DNA from: a bacterium | Lineage (GTDB): Bacteria > Actinomycetota > Acidimicrobiia > Spongiisociales > JAENVV01 | NCBI GenBank assembly: GCA_024639975.1 | Contig: JAHEFX010000003.1 | Location: 1-61,192 of the forward strand | Length of the DNA: 61,192 nt | Reading direction: 5' to 3' | In this document: positions 1 through 9,070 of the stretch, in pieces | Numbering within the stretch: position 1 is the stretch's first letter | Layout: the number at the start of each line of letters is the position of its first letter | Position numbers and translations under genes: made by a program | The notes under the pieces: model-generated | Databases searched by the model: none | Told to the model about the DNA's origin: nothing | Seen by the model: the letters and a program-made list of their open reading frames with translations, nothing else

Positions 1-108
1 GACGAGGTTCGCGACAAGTTCGGCCGGGGCGCCGTCCAGCGGGCCTCGCTGCTGCGTGACGACGGCTCGGTCCCCGACGAGTTCCGCGAGCTCGCCGAGA
101 AGGACTAG
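1..108 (+). CDS. 3' end of a gene entering from upstream (possibly the C-terminus of Y-family DNA polymerase IV)
   Basis: Frame 1 is open from the window edge to TAG at 106-108 and reads DEVRDKFGRGAVQRASLLRDDGSVPDEFRELAEKD. The RxxFGxxAVxRASLL ending resembles DinB-type C-termini, but 35 aa is too little to be sure. Confidence 0.3.
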   Translation, partial: DEVRDKFGRGAVQRASLLRDDGSVPDEFRELAEKD

Positions 109-112
109 CTGT

Positions 113-131
113 GACAACCGGGGACGTTGTC
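113..131 (+). terminator. Weak hairpin downstream of the truncated gene
   Basis: GACAAC (113-118), 7-nt loop, GTTGTC (126-131), 5 nt after the stop codon. Short stem and no T tract. Confidence 0.25.
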
Positions 132-161
132 CCTGGGGGACGGGACCCGCCCTTCCAGTCC

Positions 162-190
162 TTGAATTCAACAGGCGTTGAATTGAATGA
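162..190. promoter_or_regulatory. AT-rich palindrome/direct-repeat block upstream of the MMPL-TetR operon (candidate TetR operator/promoter)
   Basis: TTGAATTCAA palindrome (162-171) followed by GTTGAATTGAATGA (177-190). TTGAATT occurs twice, 16 nt apart. It stands out as the most AT-rich stretch I saw, 8 nt before the ORF start at 198. Confidence 0.35.
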
Positions 191-197
191 CTAGTCT

Positions 198-2336
198 TTG
201 GGTATGGAACGGATTGCGCGCTTTGTCGTTCATCGGTCGAAGGTCGTGTTGGCCCTGACGGGTCTCCTCACGATCGCCTCCGTCGTCTCCCTCTTCTGGC
301 TGCAGATCAATGCCGACGTTGCCTCCTTCATCTATGAGGGGAGCGATGCCGGCCAGGAACTGCTCGAGCTACAGGAGAAGTACGAGTCGGGCGACCCCGT
401 CAACGCGGTGATCGTCCTCGAGGACGGCTCATTCACCGACCCGGCGACGCTCGCCGACCTGGCTCGGCTGACCGAGGAGTACGCGGCGATCGACGGCGTG
501 AACGCCATCGTGTCGATCGTCCCCGCCACCAACCCCATGACCGGTCAGGAGATCACGCCGGACCAGATCGAATCGGCCCCGGCGATGGCCATAGAGCAAG
601 TCCTGGCGGCCAACCCCATGGCGGAGTTGATCCTCTCGCCGGACACCGATGCGACGATGATGATGATCGACGCCCCGGATGCCGAGGTGGACGAGATCAC
701 CGCCGTCGAGGTCCCGGATGGAGCCAAGGTCTACTACTCGGGCAACCCGGTCGTCTTCGCGTCGGTCCTCGACCAGATCTCGTGGTTCCTGCTCGTGCTC
801 CCGCCCGTCATCGTCGGCCTGCTCGTCGGCGTCTTCTACCTCACGATCGGCGACCGCCGATTGGCCATCATGTCGCTCATCCCGGCCTTCCTCGGCGCCC
901 TCTGGACCTTCGGTCTGTTGTCGGCGGCCGGTAGGGCCATCGACGTGGTCACGATCATCGTGCCGATCTTCGTGATCGTGATGGGCTCGGCCGACGGACT
1001 CCACTTCGTGACCCACTTCCAATCCGAGGCCGACAATCCCGACCCGGTCGCCCGGGTGGCGTCGGCGCTCAGGCACGTGGGCGTCCCGATGATCCTCACC
1101 ACCATCTCCACGGCGGCTGGATTCCTCTCCCTCGTCTTCACCGACGTGCGCCCCATCCAGCAGCTCGGCGCGTTCACGGCCATCGGTATCACCTTCGCCG
1201 GGATCATCTCGTTCTTCTCGCTCCCGGCGATCATCTCGCACCTCACGATCACGAAACCGAAGCGGCCCCCGGTCATCGGCCCGCATGCGGTTGCCCTCCT
1301 CAAGAAGGGAGTCCGCAGTCGGGTCCCGGCGGTGGTCCTCTCGGTGGGGCTGATCGCCTTCGCCTCCTGGGGGATTCCCCAGCTCGAGGTCGATTCCGAC
1401 CAGTTGTTCTTCTTCAAGGACGGCGACCCGGTCCGGGTGGCATTCGAGGTGACCGAGGACCTCTTCGGTGGAGCCTCGCCCCTGATGGGCGAGTTCGCCT
1501 TCGATCCCGACGGTGGACCCGAACAGCTCGCCCGGATCGCCGAGGTCACCGATGAGATGGAGGCCCTGTCGGGGGTCAGGAGCGTCGTGTCCGTTGCGAG
1601 CTTCGCGGAGGCACTGACACCCGACCAGGTCCAGGCCGTCCTGGCCGGCGACTTCGAAATCCCCATGGGTTCGATGGTCTCCGACGATGGGCTCCGCTTC
1701 ACGCTCCTACCGGGGTCGTTCACGACGTCGGACCTGGAAGCCTGGGTCGAGTACGTGGAGGCCACTCCCGAAGTGCGGACGCTCACCGGGCTGCCGATCA
1801 TCTGGGACGAGATCGCCCGTTTGGTCCTCGATGCCCAACGTGTCTCGATCCTCGTGGCGTTCGGCCTCGTCACGGTCATGCTCCTCGTCGCCTACCGACG
1901 GATCCGGGAGACACTCGCGTCGCTGGTGCCGATCGGCCTGACCGTGGCCACACTCCTCGGCTTCATCGCCGTCTCGGGCATCCAACTGAACCTGCTGACG
2001 GCTGTCGTCTCCGGCATCGTCATCGGCGTCGGCATCGACTACGCCATCCACTTCGTGGCGGCCATCGACTACGCCCGACCCGAAGGTCCCGGCTACGTCA
2101 TGCGGGCTCTCGACGCGGCGGGGCCGCCGATCGTCGCCAATGCCCTCGGCATCGCCGTCGGCTTGACGGGCCTCTGGCTCTCGCCGCTGGCCATCCACCC
2201 ACAGGTCTCGCAGATCATGTGGGTATCGATGCTCACCGCCGGCGCGACCGCTCTCCTCGTGATCCCAGCGTTCCTGCCCCGGGATGCCGTCGCCGACGGC
2301 GCCGAGGTCGGCGACCTCGTTTCGGCAGGCGGATGA
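198..2336 (+). CDS. MMPL/RND-superfamily membrane exporter
   Basis: 712-aa ORF with two blocks of about 6 hydrophobic helices, each preceded by a large soluble loop. MMPL-type motifs GSADGLHFVTHF and GVGIDYAIHF. The stop overlaps the TetR start (ATGA). Confidence 0.85.
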   Translation: MGMERIARFVVHRSKVVLALTGLLTIASVVSLFWLQINADVASFIYEGSDAGQELLELQEKYESGDPVNAVIVLEDGSFTDPATLADLARLTEEYAAIDGVNAIVSIVPATNPMTGQEITPDQIESAPAMAIEQVLAANPMAELILSPDTDATMMMIDAPDAEVDEITAVEVPDGAKVYYSGNPVVFASVLDQISWFLLVLPPVIVGLLVGVFYLTIGDRRLAIMSLIPAFLGALWTFGLLSAAGRAIDVVTIIVPIFVIVMGSADGLHFVTHFQSEADNPDPVARVASALRHVGVPMILTTISTAAGFLSLVFTDVRPIQQLGAFTAIGITFAGIISFFSLPAIISHLTITKPKRPPVIGPHAVALLKKGVRSRVPAVVLSVGLIAFASWGIPQLEVDSDQLFFFKDGDPVRVAFEVTEDLFGGASPLMGEFAFDPDGGPEQLARIAEVTDEMEALSGVRSVVSVASFAEALTPDQVQAVLAGDFEIPMGSMVSDDGLRFTLLPGSFTTSDLEAWVEYVEATPEVRTLTGLPIIWDEIARLVLDAQRVSILVAFGLVTVMLLVAYRRIRETLASLVPIGLTVATLLGFIAVSGIQLNLLTAVVSGIVIGVGIDYAIHFVAAIDYARPEGPGYVMRALDAAGPPIVANALGIAVGLTGLWLSPLAIHPQVSQIMWVSMLTAGATALLVIPAFLPRDAVADGAEVGDLVSAGG

Positions 2337-2917
2337 CGACCGCCGCGCGGGGCCGGCGTCCGGGCAACCCCGACACCCGGTCGACGATCCTGACGGCTGC
2401 CCGCGCGCAGTTCGCGGCCAAGGGTTTCAGTGGTGCCTCGATGCGGGCGATCGCCGGCGATGCGGGCGTCGACGCGTCGCTGCTCCACCACTACTTCGGG
2501 ACCAAGGCCGACCTCTACGCAGCATCCCTGGAGCTGCCGATCTCGCCGGACCAGGTGCTCGCCTGGTCCGACGTCCCGCCAGAGCAAATGGGGGAGGTGC
2601 TGGCAAGGACGTTCTTCGGCGCCTGGGAGGTCCCCGAGGTCCGAGCGATCATGCTGGGGATCCTGCGGGGAGGCATGGACGGGAACGAGGATGCCGTCCG
2701 GCCCTTCAGGGAGTTCGTGACCGACATGGTCCAGCGACGCCTGGCCGCGTCGATGGAGGGCGAGGATGCCGAGGCGAGGGCGCTGGCCATGGCGGCCCAT
2801 CTGGTCGGCATCGAGATGGTGCGCCACGTCGTCCGTGTCGAGCCGTTCCCCTCGATGACCGTCGACGAGCTCGTCGACCTGGTCGCGCCGAGGCTGCAGT
2901 CCTACTTCGACGGCTGA
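2333..2917 (+). CDS. TetR/AcrR-family transcriptional regulator
   Basis: I take the start at ATG 2333 (MTTAARGRRPGNPDTRSTILTAARAQFAAKGFSGASMRAIAGDAGVDASLLHHYFGTKADLY), a typical TetR N-terminal HTH. The track ORF from 2219 is an upstream run-on that overlaps the MMPL gene. Confidence 0.9.
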   Translation: MTTAARGRRPGNPDTRSTILTAARAQFAAKGFSGASMRAIAGDAGVDASLLHHYFGTKADLYAASLELPISPDQVLAWSDVPPEQMGEVLARTFFGAWEVPEVRAIMLGILRGGMDGNEDAVRPFREFVTDMVQRRLAASMEGEDAEARALAMAAHLVGIEMVRHVVRVEPFPSMTVDELVDLVAPRLQSYFDG

Positions 2918-2937
2918 GCAACCGGGCGGCTACGGGA

Positions 2938-4038
2938 TCAGCGACCGGCCCGTGTCCGCTGGCGCTCGACGCCGGCGACCATCGAACCCGCGGCCGTCAC
3001 CCCGAACGCAGCGACCGTGCCGACCATGATGAAGCCGCCGAGGCCCTCGAGGGAGCCGCCCATGATCGGGCCGAGGATCCGTCCGACGGCCATGAGCCCC
3101 TGGGCATCCCCGGTTCGTTCGCCGGGTCGGTCCGAGCGCTCCTCGAGCAGGCGGAGGAGTCGGGGGATCCCCATCCAGAAGGCGAAACCCCACGTCCAGA
3201 CCGCAATGACGACGGGCCAGACCAGGACGGGAACGAAGGCGACGGCCGCGCATGCACCGATCAGTACGAACCACACCCAGGCCCGCTTGGCCGTTCGCCT
3301 GGTCCCCAGGTAGCCGGCCAAGGCGTTGCCGGCCATGGCGATCGAGAGGACCCACGGCGCGGCGTCGAGACCTTCCAGTCGGATGCCGAGGAACACGAAG
3401 GCCGACGAGGCGAAGAGCGTCAGGAGGCCGGCCGCGACGAGAAGCACCCGGTTGGAGTTGGAGTCGCTGACCGATCGACCGACCGGCTCGCCCGAGTCGA
3501 TGGCGGCCGGCAGCAGCACGGCGAGGCCACCGACCACCGCCACGGCCGCGAAGACGGCTCGATACCCGGCCCACGCGATGAGTGGCCCGAAGGCGAGGGC
3601 ACCGATCGTGGCTGCCATCGGCCCGATGGCCGCGACCCGTCCCATGGCCGCCGGTTTCCGGGCGGCCTGTCCCCAAGCGATCCAGTTGACGGTTCCCGAA
3701 GCCAATCCGGCCAGTCCCCGCACCCCCACGAGGAGCCAGAACCCGCCGGCGAAGATGGAGGCGACGTTGGCGATCGCGAAAACGACACCCGACACGACGA
3801 GTAGCCGGTGGGATGGGGCGAGAAGGCGTCCGGCCCCGAACGAAGCGACGGCAAAGGTGGCCACCTGCGCTGCGGAGTACCAGCCGAGGGCGGCCGTGCT
3901 GACGCCGAAGTGGCGACCCAGCTCGGGGAGCAGGAAGGGGGTGGCGGTGAACATGACAGACACGGCCGCGGTCGAGACCAACAGCCCGGGTGGGAATGAC
4001 GTCCGCAGGGCGAGCGGCTGGCGTACGGGTGCGAACAC
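2938..4038 (-). CDS. MFS transporter
   Basis: 366 aa, GTG start, about 12 hydrophobic segments. N-terminal MFS-like LPELGRHFGVS...GAGRLL pattern. Confidence 0.75.
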   Translation of the reverse strand: MFAPVRQPLALRTSFPPGLLVSTAAVSVMFTATPFLLPELGRHFGVSTAALGWYSAAQVATFAVASFGAGRLLAPSHRLLVVSGVVFAIANVASIFAGGFWLLVGVRGLAGLASGTVNWIAWGQAARKPAAMGRVAAIGPMAATIGALAFGPLIAWAGYRAVFAAVAVVGGLAVLLPAAIDSGEPVGRSVSDSNSNRVLLVAAGLLTLFASSAFVFLGIRLEGLDAAPWVLSIAMAGNALAGYLGTRRTAKRAWVWFVLIGACAAVAFVPVLVWPVVIAVWTWGFAFWMGIPRLLRLLEERSDRPGERTGDAQGLMAVGRILGPIMGGSLEGLGGFIMVGTVAAFGVTAAGSMVAGVERQRTRAGR

Positions 4039-4098
4039 GCCTCGAGGCTAGGGCTGGTCGTTCACCCGCTCGCTACCCGCAGGTGTCAGGATTGGGGC

Positions 4099-4515
4099 AT
4101 GAAACCCATCGTGCTCTTCCTCTGCGTCCACAACGCCGGCCGCTCTCAGATGGCGGCCGGATGGATGCGTCAACTCGCCGGTGACCGGATCGAGGTCCGG
4201 TCGGGGGGCTCGGCCCCTGCGGACGGGATCAATCCGTCGGCAGTCGCCGTCATGGCGGAGGAGGGCATCGACATCGCCACCCAACAGCCGGCCAGGTGGA
4301 CCGATGACGAGGTGCGGGCGGCCGATGTGGTGGTCACGATGGGCTGTGGCGACACCTGCCCCGTGTTCCCGGGGAAGCGCTACCTCGACTGGGAGCTCAC
4401 CGATCCTGCCGGGCTCCCCATCGAGGATGTCCGGCCCATCCGAGACGACATCCGCGCCCGGGTGGAAGCCCTCATCGGGGACCTAGAAGAAAATGGTGCG
4501 AGGCGCAACAAATAG
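4099..4515 (+). CDS. arsC: Arsenate reductase, low-molecular-weight phosphatase (LMW-PTP) family
   Basis: MKPIVLFLCVHNAGRSQMAAGW carries the CX5R(S) P-loop. Downstream are GIDI...T.D and MGCGDTCP, typical of thioredoxin/mycothiol-coupled ArsC. Confidence 0.8.
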   Translation: MKPIVLFLCVHNAGRSQMAAGWMRQLAGDRIEVRSGGSAPADGINPSAVAVMAEEGIDIATQQPARWTDDEVRAADVVVTMGCGDTCPVFPGKRYLDWELTDPAGLPIEDVRPIRDDIRARVEALIGDLEENGARRNK

Positions 4516-4572
4516 GCTAACCTCTCCTCGGTAGCTTCGACGGCTGCGCCATTCAGGGAGAGGAACGGAGCA

Positions 4573-5901
4573 ATGGCTGACTTCTTCGACACGGTCCCCG
4601 GACCGGTCGCCCCCGCGGGGACCGATCCCGGTGACGGGCTCGGCTTCACCGTCTACGACCCCGATCGCCCGGTCATGGGCAAGACGATGTCCGAGCACCT
4701 GCGGATCGCCGTCTGCTACTGGCACTCGTTCGCCTGGCCCGGCAACGACGTCTTCGGCGCCGGCACCTTCGACCGCCCGTGGGCCGACCGGATTGCCGAC
4801 CCGATGGAGGCGGCGTTCGCCAAGCAGGACGCGGCGTTCGAGTTCTTCGAGAAGCTCGGCACGCCCTACTACTGCTTCCACGACGTCGACATGGCGCCCG
4901 AGGGAGCGACGCTCGCCGAGTCCAAGAAGAACCTCGACATCCTCGTCGACCGAGCAGCGGGGAAGATGGAGGAGACGGGGGTCAAGCTCCTCTGGGGCAC
5001 CGCCAACCTCTTCTCCCACCCTCGCTACGCCGCCGGCGCCTCGACCAATCCCGATCCGGACGTCTTCGCCCACGCTGCCGCCCAGATCAAGGCCGCGATC
5101 GACGCCACCCACCGGCTCGGGGGCGAGAACTACGTGCTGTGGGGAGGCCGGGAGGGCTACGAGACGCTCCTCAACACCCGACTCGCCCAGGAAGGTGAGC
5201 AGCTCGCCCGCTTCCTGCACATGGTCGCCGACTACAAGCACAAGATCGGGTTCGAGGGCACGCTGCTGCTCGAGCCCAAACCCCAGGAACCGACGAAGCA
5301 CCAGTACGACTACGACAGCCAGTCGGTCCATGGGTTCCTCGAACGTCACGACCTCGTCGGCGAGTACTTCGTGAACATCGAGGTCAACCACGCCACGCTG
5401 TCTGGTCACTCGTTCCACCACGAGATCGCCTACGCCATCGACCACGGGGTCTTCGGTTCCGTCGATGCCAATCGCGGCGATCCCCAGAACGGCTGGGACA
5501 CCGACCAGTTCCCGAACTCCGTCGAGGAGATGTCGCTGGCCGTGTACGAGATCCTGCGCGGGGGTGGTTTCACCACCGGCGGGTTCAACTTCGACACGAA
5601 GCTGCGGCGCCAGAGCCTGGCCCGCGATGACCTGTTCCATGGCCACATCGGAGGTATCGACACGTTGGCAAAGTCGCTGTTGGTCGCGGCCGACATGCTC
5701 GAGGCGCGCACCCTCGAGGATGCCCGAGACGCCCGGTACGCCGGCTGGTCGGAGCCGAACGGCCAAGAGATCCTCGTCGGAGGCGTCGACCTCGAGACCC
5801 TTGCCCAGCGGGCCAGCGAGTCGAACCTCGACCCCAAGCCGGTCTCGGGTCGCCAGGAGCTCCTCGAGAACAAGGTGAATGCCCACATCTGGGCCAACTG
5901 A
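4573..5901 (+). CDS. xylA: Xylose isomerase (class II)
   Basis: 442 aa. Motifs [59 protein letters not shown] and WDTDQFP are the canonical XylA signatures. Confidence 0.95.
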   Translation: MADFFDTVPGPVAPAGTDPGDGLGFTVYDPDRPVMGKTMSEHLRIAVCYWHSFAWPGNDVFGAGTFDRPWADRIADPMEAAFAKQDAAFEFFEKLGTPYYCFHDVDMAPEGATLAESKKNLDILVDRAAGKMEETGVKLLWGTANLFSHPRYAAGASTNPDPDVFAHAAAQIKAAIDATHRLGGENYVLWGGREGYETLLNTRLAQEGEQLARFLHMVADYKHKIGFEGTLLLEPKPQEPTKHQYDYDSQSVHGFLERHDLVGEYFVNIEVNHATLSGHSFHHEIAYAIDHGVFGSVDANRGDPQNGWDTDQFPNSVEEMSLAVYEILRGGGFTTGGFNFDTKLRRQSLARDDLFHGHIGGIDTLAKSLLVAADMLEARTLEDARDARYAGWSEPNGQEILVGGVDLETLAQRASESNLDPKPVSGRQELLENKVNAHIWAN

Positions 5902-5903
5902 GT

Positions 5904-6779
5904 GTGGCGACGGTTCCCGGTGAGCTGACCATGGAGCGGCACCTCGGACACGACTGTGTCCGGGTTCGGCTGGCCGGTGGGCTCGTCGCGTTGGTGACCG
6001 TCGATGTCGGCCCCCGCGTCATCTTCCTGGGCGAGCCCGGCGAAGAGAACCTCTTCGCGGAGCTCCCCGACCGGACCCTCGATGGCCCGGCCGGTCCGTT
6101 CCGCCTGCTGGGCGGTCACCGGCTGTGGACGGCACCGGAGGTGCCCGCCCGGACCTACCTGCCCGATGATGCCCCGTGTCGATGGGACACGGCCGACGGG
6201 CGTGTGATGGTCACGGCGCCCGACGACGGGTCCGGGCTCGAGCGAGCCCTGGGCCTGCGGCCGGTCGACGATGGAATCGAGATCGAGCACCGGGTCACCA
6301 ACGTGGCATCCAGACCGATCGAGGTGGCTTCCTGGGCCATCACCCAGCTTCCGGTCGGCGGTCTGGCCATCCTCCCGCTCCCGCCGAGCGGCCCATCCGC
6401 CTTCGAAGCGAGCCACTCGCTCGTCCTCTGGCCATACACGCGTCTCGACGACCCTCGGATCTCGTTCGCCTCCGACCATGCCGTCATGTCCGCCACGCCC
6501 GGCGCCGAGCCGATCAAGGTGGGCTCGGCCCCCGGCAGCGGCCGGCTCGGCTACCTGAGGGCTGGTCGCCTGTTCTTGAAGCAAGCTGCGGTGCCCGAAC
6601 CGCCGATCCCTGATCGGGGTGCGGCCTCACAGGTCTACTCGGAGGCCGAGTTCCTGGAACTCGAGACGCTCGGCCGGCTGCGTTCGCTGGGCCCGGGTGA
6701 GTCGACCGGCCACACCGAGACCTGGATGGTGCTCGAGGTGGAAGGGCTCGCCGACGCCGTGGGGCAGGTCGTCGGATGA
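5904..6779 (+). CDS. Conserved hypothetical protein embedded in the xyl operon (possibly mutarotase-like)
   Basis: 291-aa ORF with high GC3. GTG start 2 nt after the xylA stop, and its stop overlaps the xylB ATG (ATGA). Soluble, no TM segments. A GGHRLWTAPE motif is present. I cannot assign a family with confidence. Confidence 0.6.
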   Translation: MATVPGELTMERHLGHDCVRVRLAGGLVALVTVDVGPRVIFLGEPGEENLFAELPDRTLDGPAGPFRLLGGHRLWTAPEVPARTYLPDDAPCRWDTADGRVMVTAPDDGSGLERALGLRPVDDGIEIEHRVTNVASRPIEVASWAITQLPVGGLAILPLPPSGPSAFEASHSLVLWPYTRLDDPRISFASDHAVMSATPGAEPIKVGSAPGSGRLGYLRAGRLFLKQAAVPEPPIPDRGAASQVYSEAEFLELETLGRLRSLGPGESTGHTETWMVLEVEGLADAVGQVVG

Positions 6780-8260
6780 GCATCGTCATCGGTATCGACT
6801 CGTCCACGACGGCGACCAAGGCCATCGCCATCGATGACACCGGCGCCGTGCTCGGCGTCGGCATCCGGGAGTACGACTACGAGACCCCGGCACCCGGATG
6901 GACCGAGCAGCACCCGATGCTGTGGTGGGAGGCGACGATCGGAGCGGTTCGGGACGTGTTGGAGGTCAATGGTCTCGACGGCTCGTCCGTCGATGCAGTC
7001 GGCCTGACCGGGCAGATGCACGGCCTCGTCATGCTCGACGCCGTCGGCGACGTGATTCGCCCCGCCCTCCTCTGGAACGACCAGCGGACGGCTACCGAAT
7101 GCGACGACATCCGGGAGGCGATCGGCACCGATCGGCTGGTGGCGATCACCGGCAACGACGCCATGACCGGGTTCACCGCCCCGAAGATCGCCTGGGTGCG
7201 CCGCAACGAGCCCGAGCACCACGCCGCCATCGCCCACGTCATGCTTCCCAAGGACTACGTCCGCTACCGACTCACCGGGGCCATCGCCACCGACATGGCC
7301 GACGGATCGGGAACGCTGCTGATGGACGTGCCCAATCGCCGCTGGTCGGCCGAGATGGCCGAGGTGGTCGGCCTCGACCTCTCACAGCTACCCGAGCTCC
7401 TTGAGGGGCCCGACATCACCGGCCGGATCCACGCCGAGGCGGCTGCCGCCAGCGGTCTCCCCGAAGGCACGCCAGTGGTGGCGGGGGGTGGGGACCAGGC
7501 GGCCAATGCCGTCGGGGTCGGTGCCGTCGACGGCTCGGTCGGCGCGCTTTCCCTGGGAACGAGCGGTGTCGTCTTCGTCGCCTCCGACGAACCGGTGACC
7601 GAGCCCCGGGGCCGAGTCCACGCGTTCTGTCACGCCGTCCCCGGCCGCTGGCACAACATGGGCGTGATGCTGTCGGCGGCGGGATCGCTCCGGTGGTATC
7701 GCGACACGCTCGCCCCGGATGTTTCGTTCGGCGACCTGGTCGCCGAGGCCGAGTCGATCCCGGCCGGAGCCGAGGGCTTGCGCTTCCTGCCCTACCTCAC
7801 CGGGGAGCGGACCCCGCACCCGGACCCGGACGCGAAGGGGGCCTTCGTGGGCCTGACGGTGCGGCACACGCGAGCGCACCTGACCCGTGCGGTCATCGAG
7901 GGCGTCGCCTTCGGTCTCGCCGACGGGCTCAGGCTCATGACCGATGCCGGTATCCGGACGCCGGAGACCTTCCACGCTTCAGGTGGCGGGACCCGTTCCC
8001 GCCTGTGGCGCCAGATCATCGCCGACGTGATGTCGGCCGACATCGCCACCGTCGAAACGGTCGAGGGTGCCGCCTACGGCGCCGCGTTGCTGGCCGGCGT
8101 CGGTGCCGGTTGGTGGGACGACGTCGACGGCGCCGCCACGGTGGTGCACCGCGCGGAGACGGTCTCCCCGGGACCCGATGCCGACGCCCTCGCCTCCGCC
8201 CACGAGAGCTACCGCCTGCTCTACCCGGCCCTCGCCGACTCGTTCCACCATTCGACCTGA
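6776..8260 (+). CDS. xylB: Xylulokinase (FGGY family)
   Basis: 494 aa. N-terminal IGIDSSTTATKA phosphate-1 motif, GWTEQHP, LLWNDQR and GGGDQAAN motifs of FGGY kinases. Lies next to xylA. Confidence 0.9.
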   Translation: MSIVIGIDSSTTATKAIAIDDTGAVLGVGIREYDYETPAPGWTEQHPMLWWEATIGAVRDVLEVNGLDGSSVDAVGLTGQMHGLVMLDAVGDVIRPALLWNDQRTATECDDIREAIGTDRLVAITGNDAMTGFTAPKIAWVRRNEPEHHAAIAHVMLPKDYVRYRLTGAIATDMADGSGTLLMDVPNRRWSAEMAEVVGLDLSQLPELLEGPDITGRIHAEAAAASGLPEGTPVVAGGGDQAANAVGVGAVDGSVGALSLGTSGVVFVASDEPVTEPRGRVHAFCHAVPGRWHNMGVMLSAAGSLRWYRDTLAPDVSFGDLVAEAESIPAGAEGLRFLPYLTGERTPHPDPDAKGAFVGLTVRHTRAHLTRAVIEGVAFGLADGLRLMTDAGIRTPETFHASGGGTRSRLWRQIIADVMSADIATVETVEGAAYGAALLAGVGAGWWDDVDGAATVVHRAETVSPGPDADALASAHESYRLLYPALADSFHHST

Positions 8261-8301
8261 GCCCGAGCGCTACCGGCCTCCGCTCGGCGTACGCTTCGGC
8301 G

Positions 8302-9060
8302 ATGCCAGCGATCGTCGGCGTCCACGGGGCGTTCCACCAGTTCTGGGGTCCGAACCAGTTGCGGAGCCGTTGGCTCCCGGCACTGCGAGATGGGCTCGTC
8401 CACGCCGACGCGTCGCTCCGGGGTCGGAATGTGGGGATCGGCTTCTACGGCGACCTGTTCCGGCCGACCGTCGATGTCGGTCGCGTCACCGACGAAGAAC
8501 TCCGGGAGATAGCGGCCGCTTCGGGGCTGCTCGACTTCCTGGAGGAGCGCTTCGGAGACGGTGCCCTCGAGGCCCTGGCCGAGGAGATGGGTCGGGAGCA
8601 CCTCCGCCAGATCGTCGCCCAGCTGGGTCGGTACTTCGGGGACGAACGACTCCGATCCGAGGTCCGGGGGCGGGTCGAAGCGGTCGTGGACGAGTCGACC
8701 CGGGTCGTCATCGCACACTCGATGGGGACCGTCGTCGCCTACGAGGCCCTGGTCGCCCACCCCGAGTGGCAGGTCGACACGTTCGTCACGCTGGGATCGC
8801 CGATCGCCGGCGAATGGGTCCGAACGAAGCTCCACCCACCCGTCGGGGCCGAGGGCACGGGCGCCTGGCCGAACATCCGACGGTGGGTCAATGTGCAGGC
8901 GGTGGGTGACACCGTCATCCGGGTCCCGGACACCGCGACCTGGTTCCCCGGCGTCGAGGACGTCGCCGTGGACAACGGTCCCGATGCCCATCGGGCCGAG
9001 CCGTACCTGAACGCGGCGGTGACCGGCAAGGCGATCGCCGCCGGCCTGACCGGCTCCTAG
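8302..9060 (+). CDS. Alpha/beta-fold serine hydrolase-like protein, uncharacterised
   Basis: I take the start at ATG 8302 (MPAIVGVHGAFHQFWG...). A nucleophile-elbow-like motif VVIAHSMGTVVAYEA (GxSxG-type) is present. The track ORF from 7693 is a run-on overlapping xylB. Confidence 0.55.
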   Translation: MPAIVGVHGAFHQFWGPNQLRSRWLPALRDGLVHADASLRGRNVGIGFYGDLFRPTVDVGRVTDEELREIAAASGLLDFLEERFGDGALEALAEEMGREHLRQIVAQLGRYFGDERLRSEVRGRVEAVVDESTRVVIAHSMGTVVAYEALVAHPEWQVDTFVTLGSPIAGEWVRTKLHPPVGAEGTGAWPNIRRWVNVQAVGDTVIRVPDTATWFPGVEDVAVDNGPDAHRAEPYLNAAVTGKAIAAGLTGS

Positions 9061-9070
9061 CCTCGACTCC

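Noticed and set aside
2938-4515. An arsenic resistance (ars) operon around arsC.
   Set aside because: Only a lone LMW-PTP-type ArsC is present. There is no ArsR, ArsB/ACR3 or ArsA nearby, and the adjacent divergent gene is a generic MFS transporter. It may instead be a protein-tyrosine-phosphatase-like paralogue.
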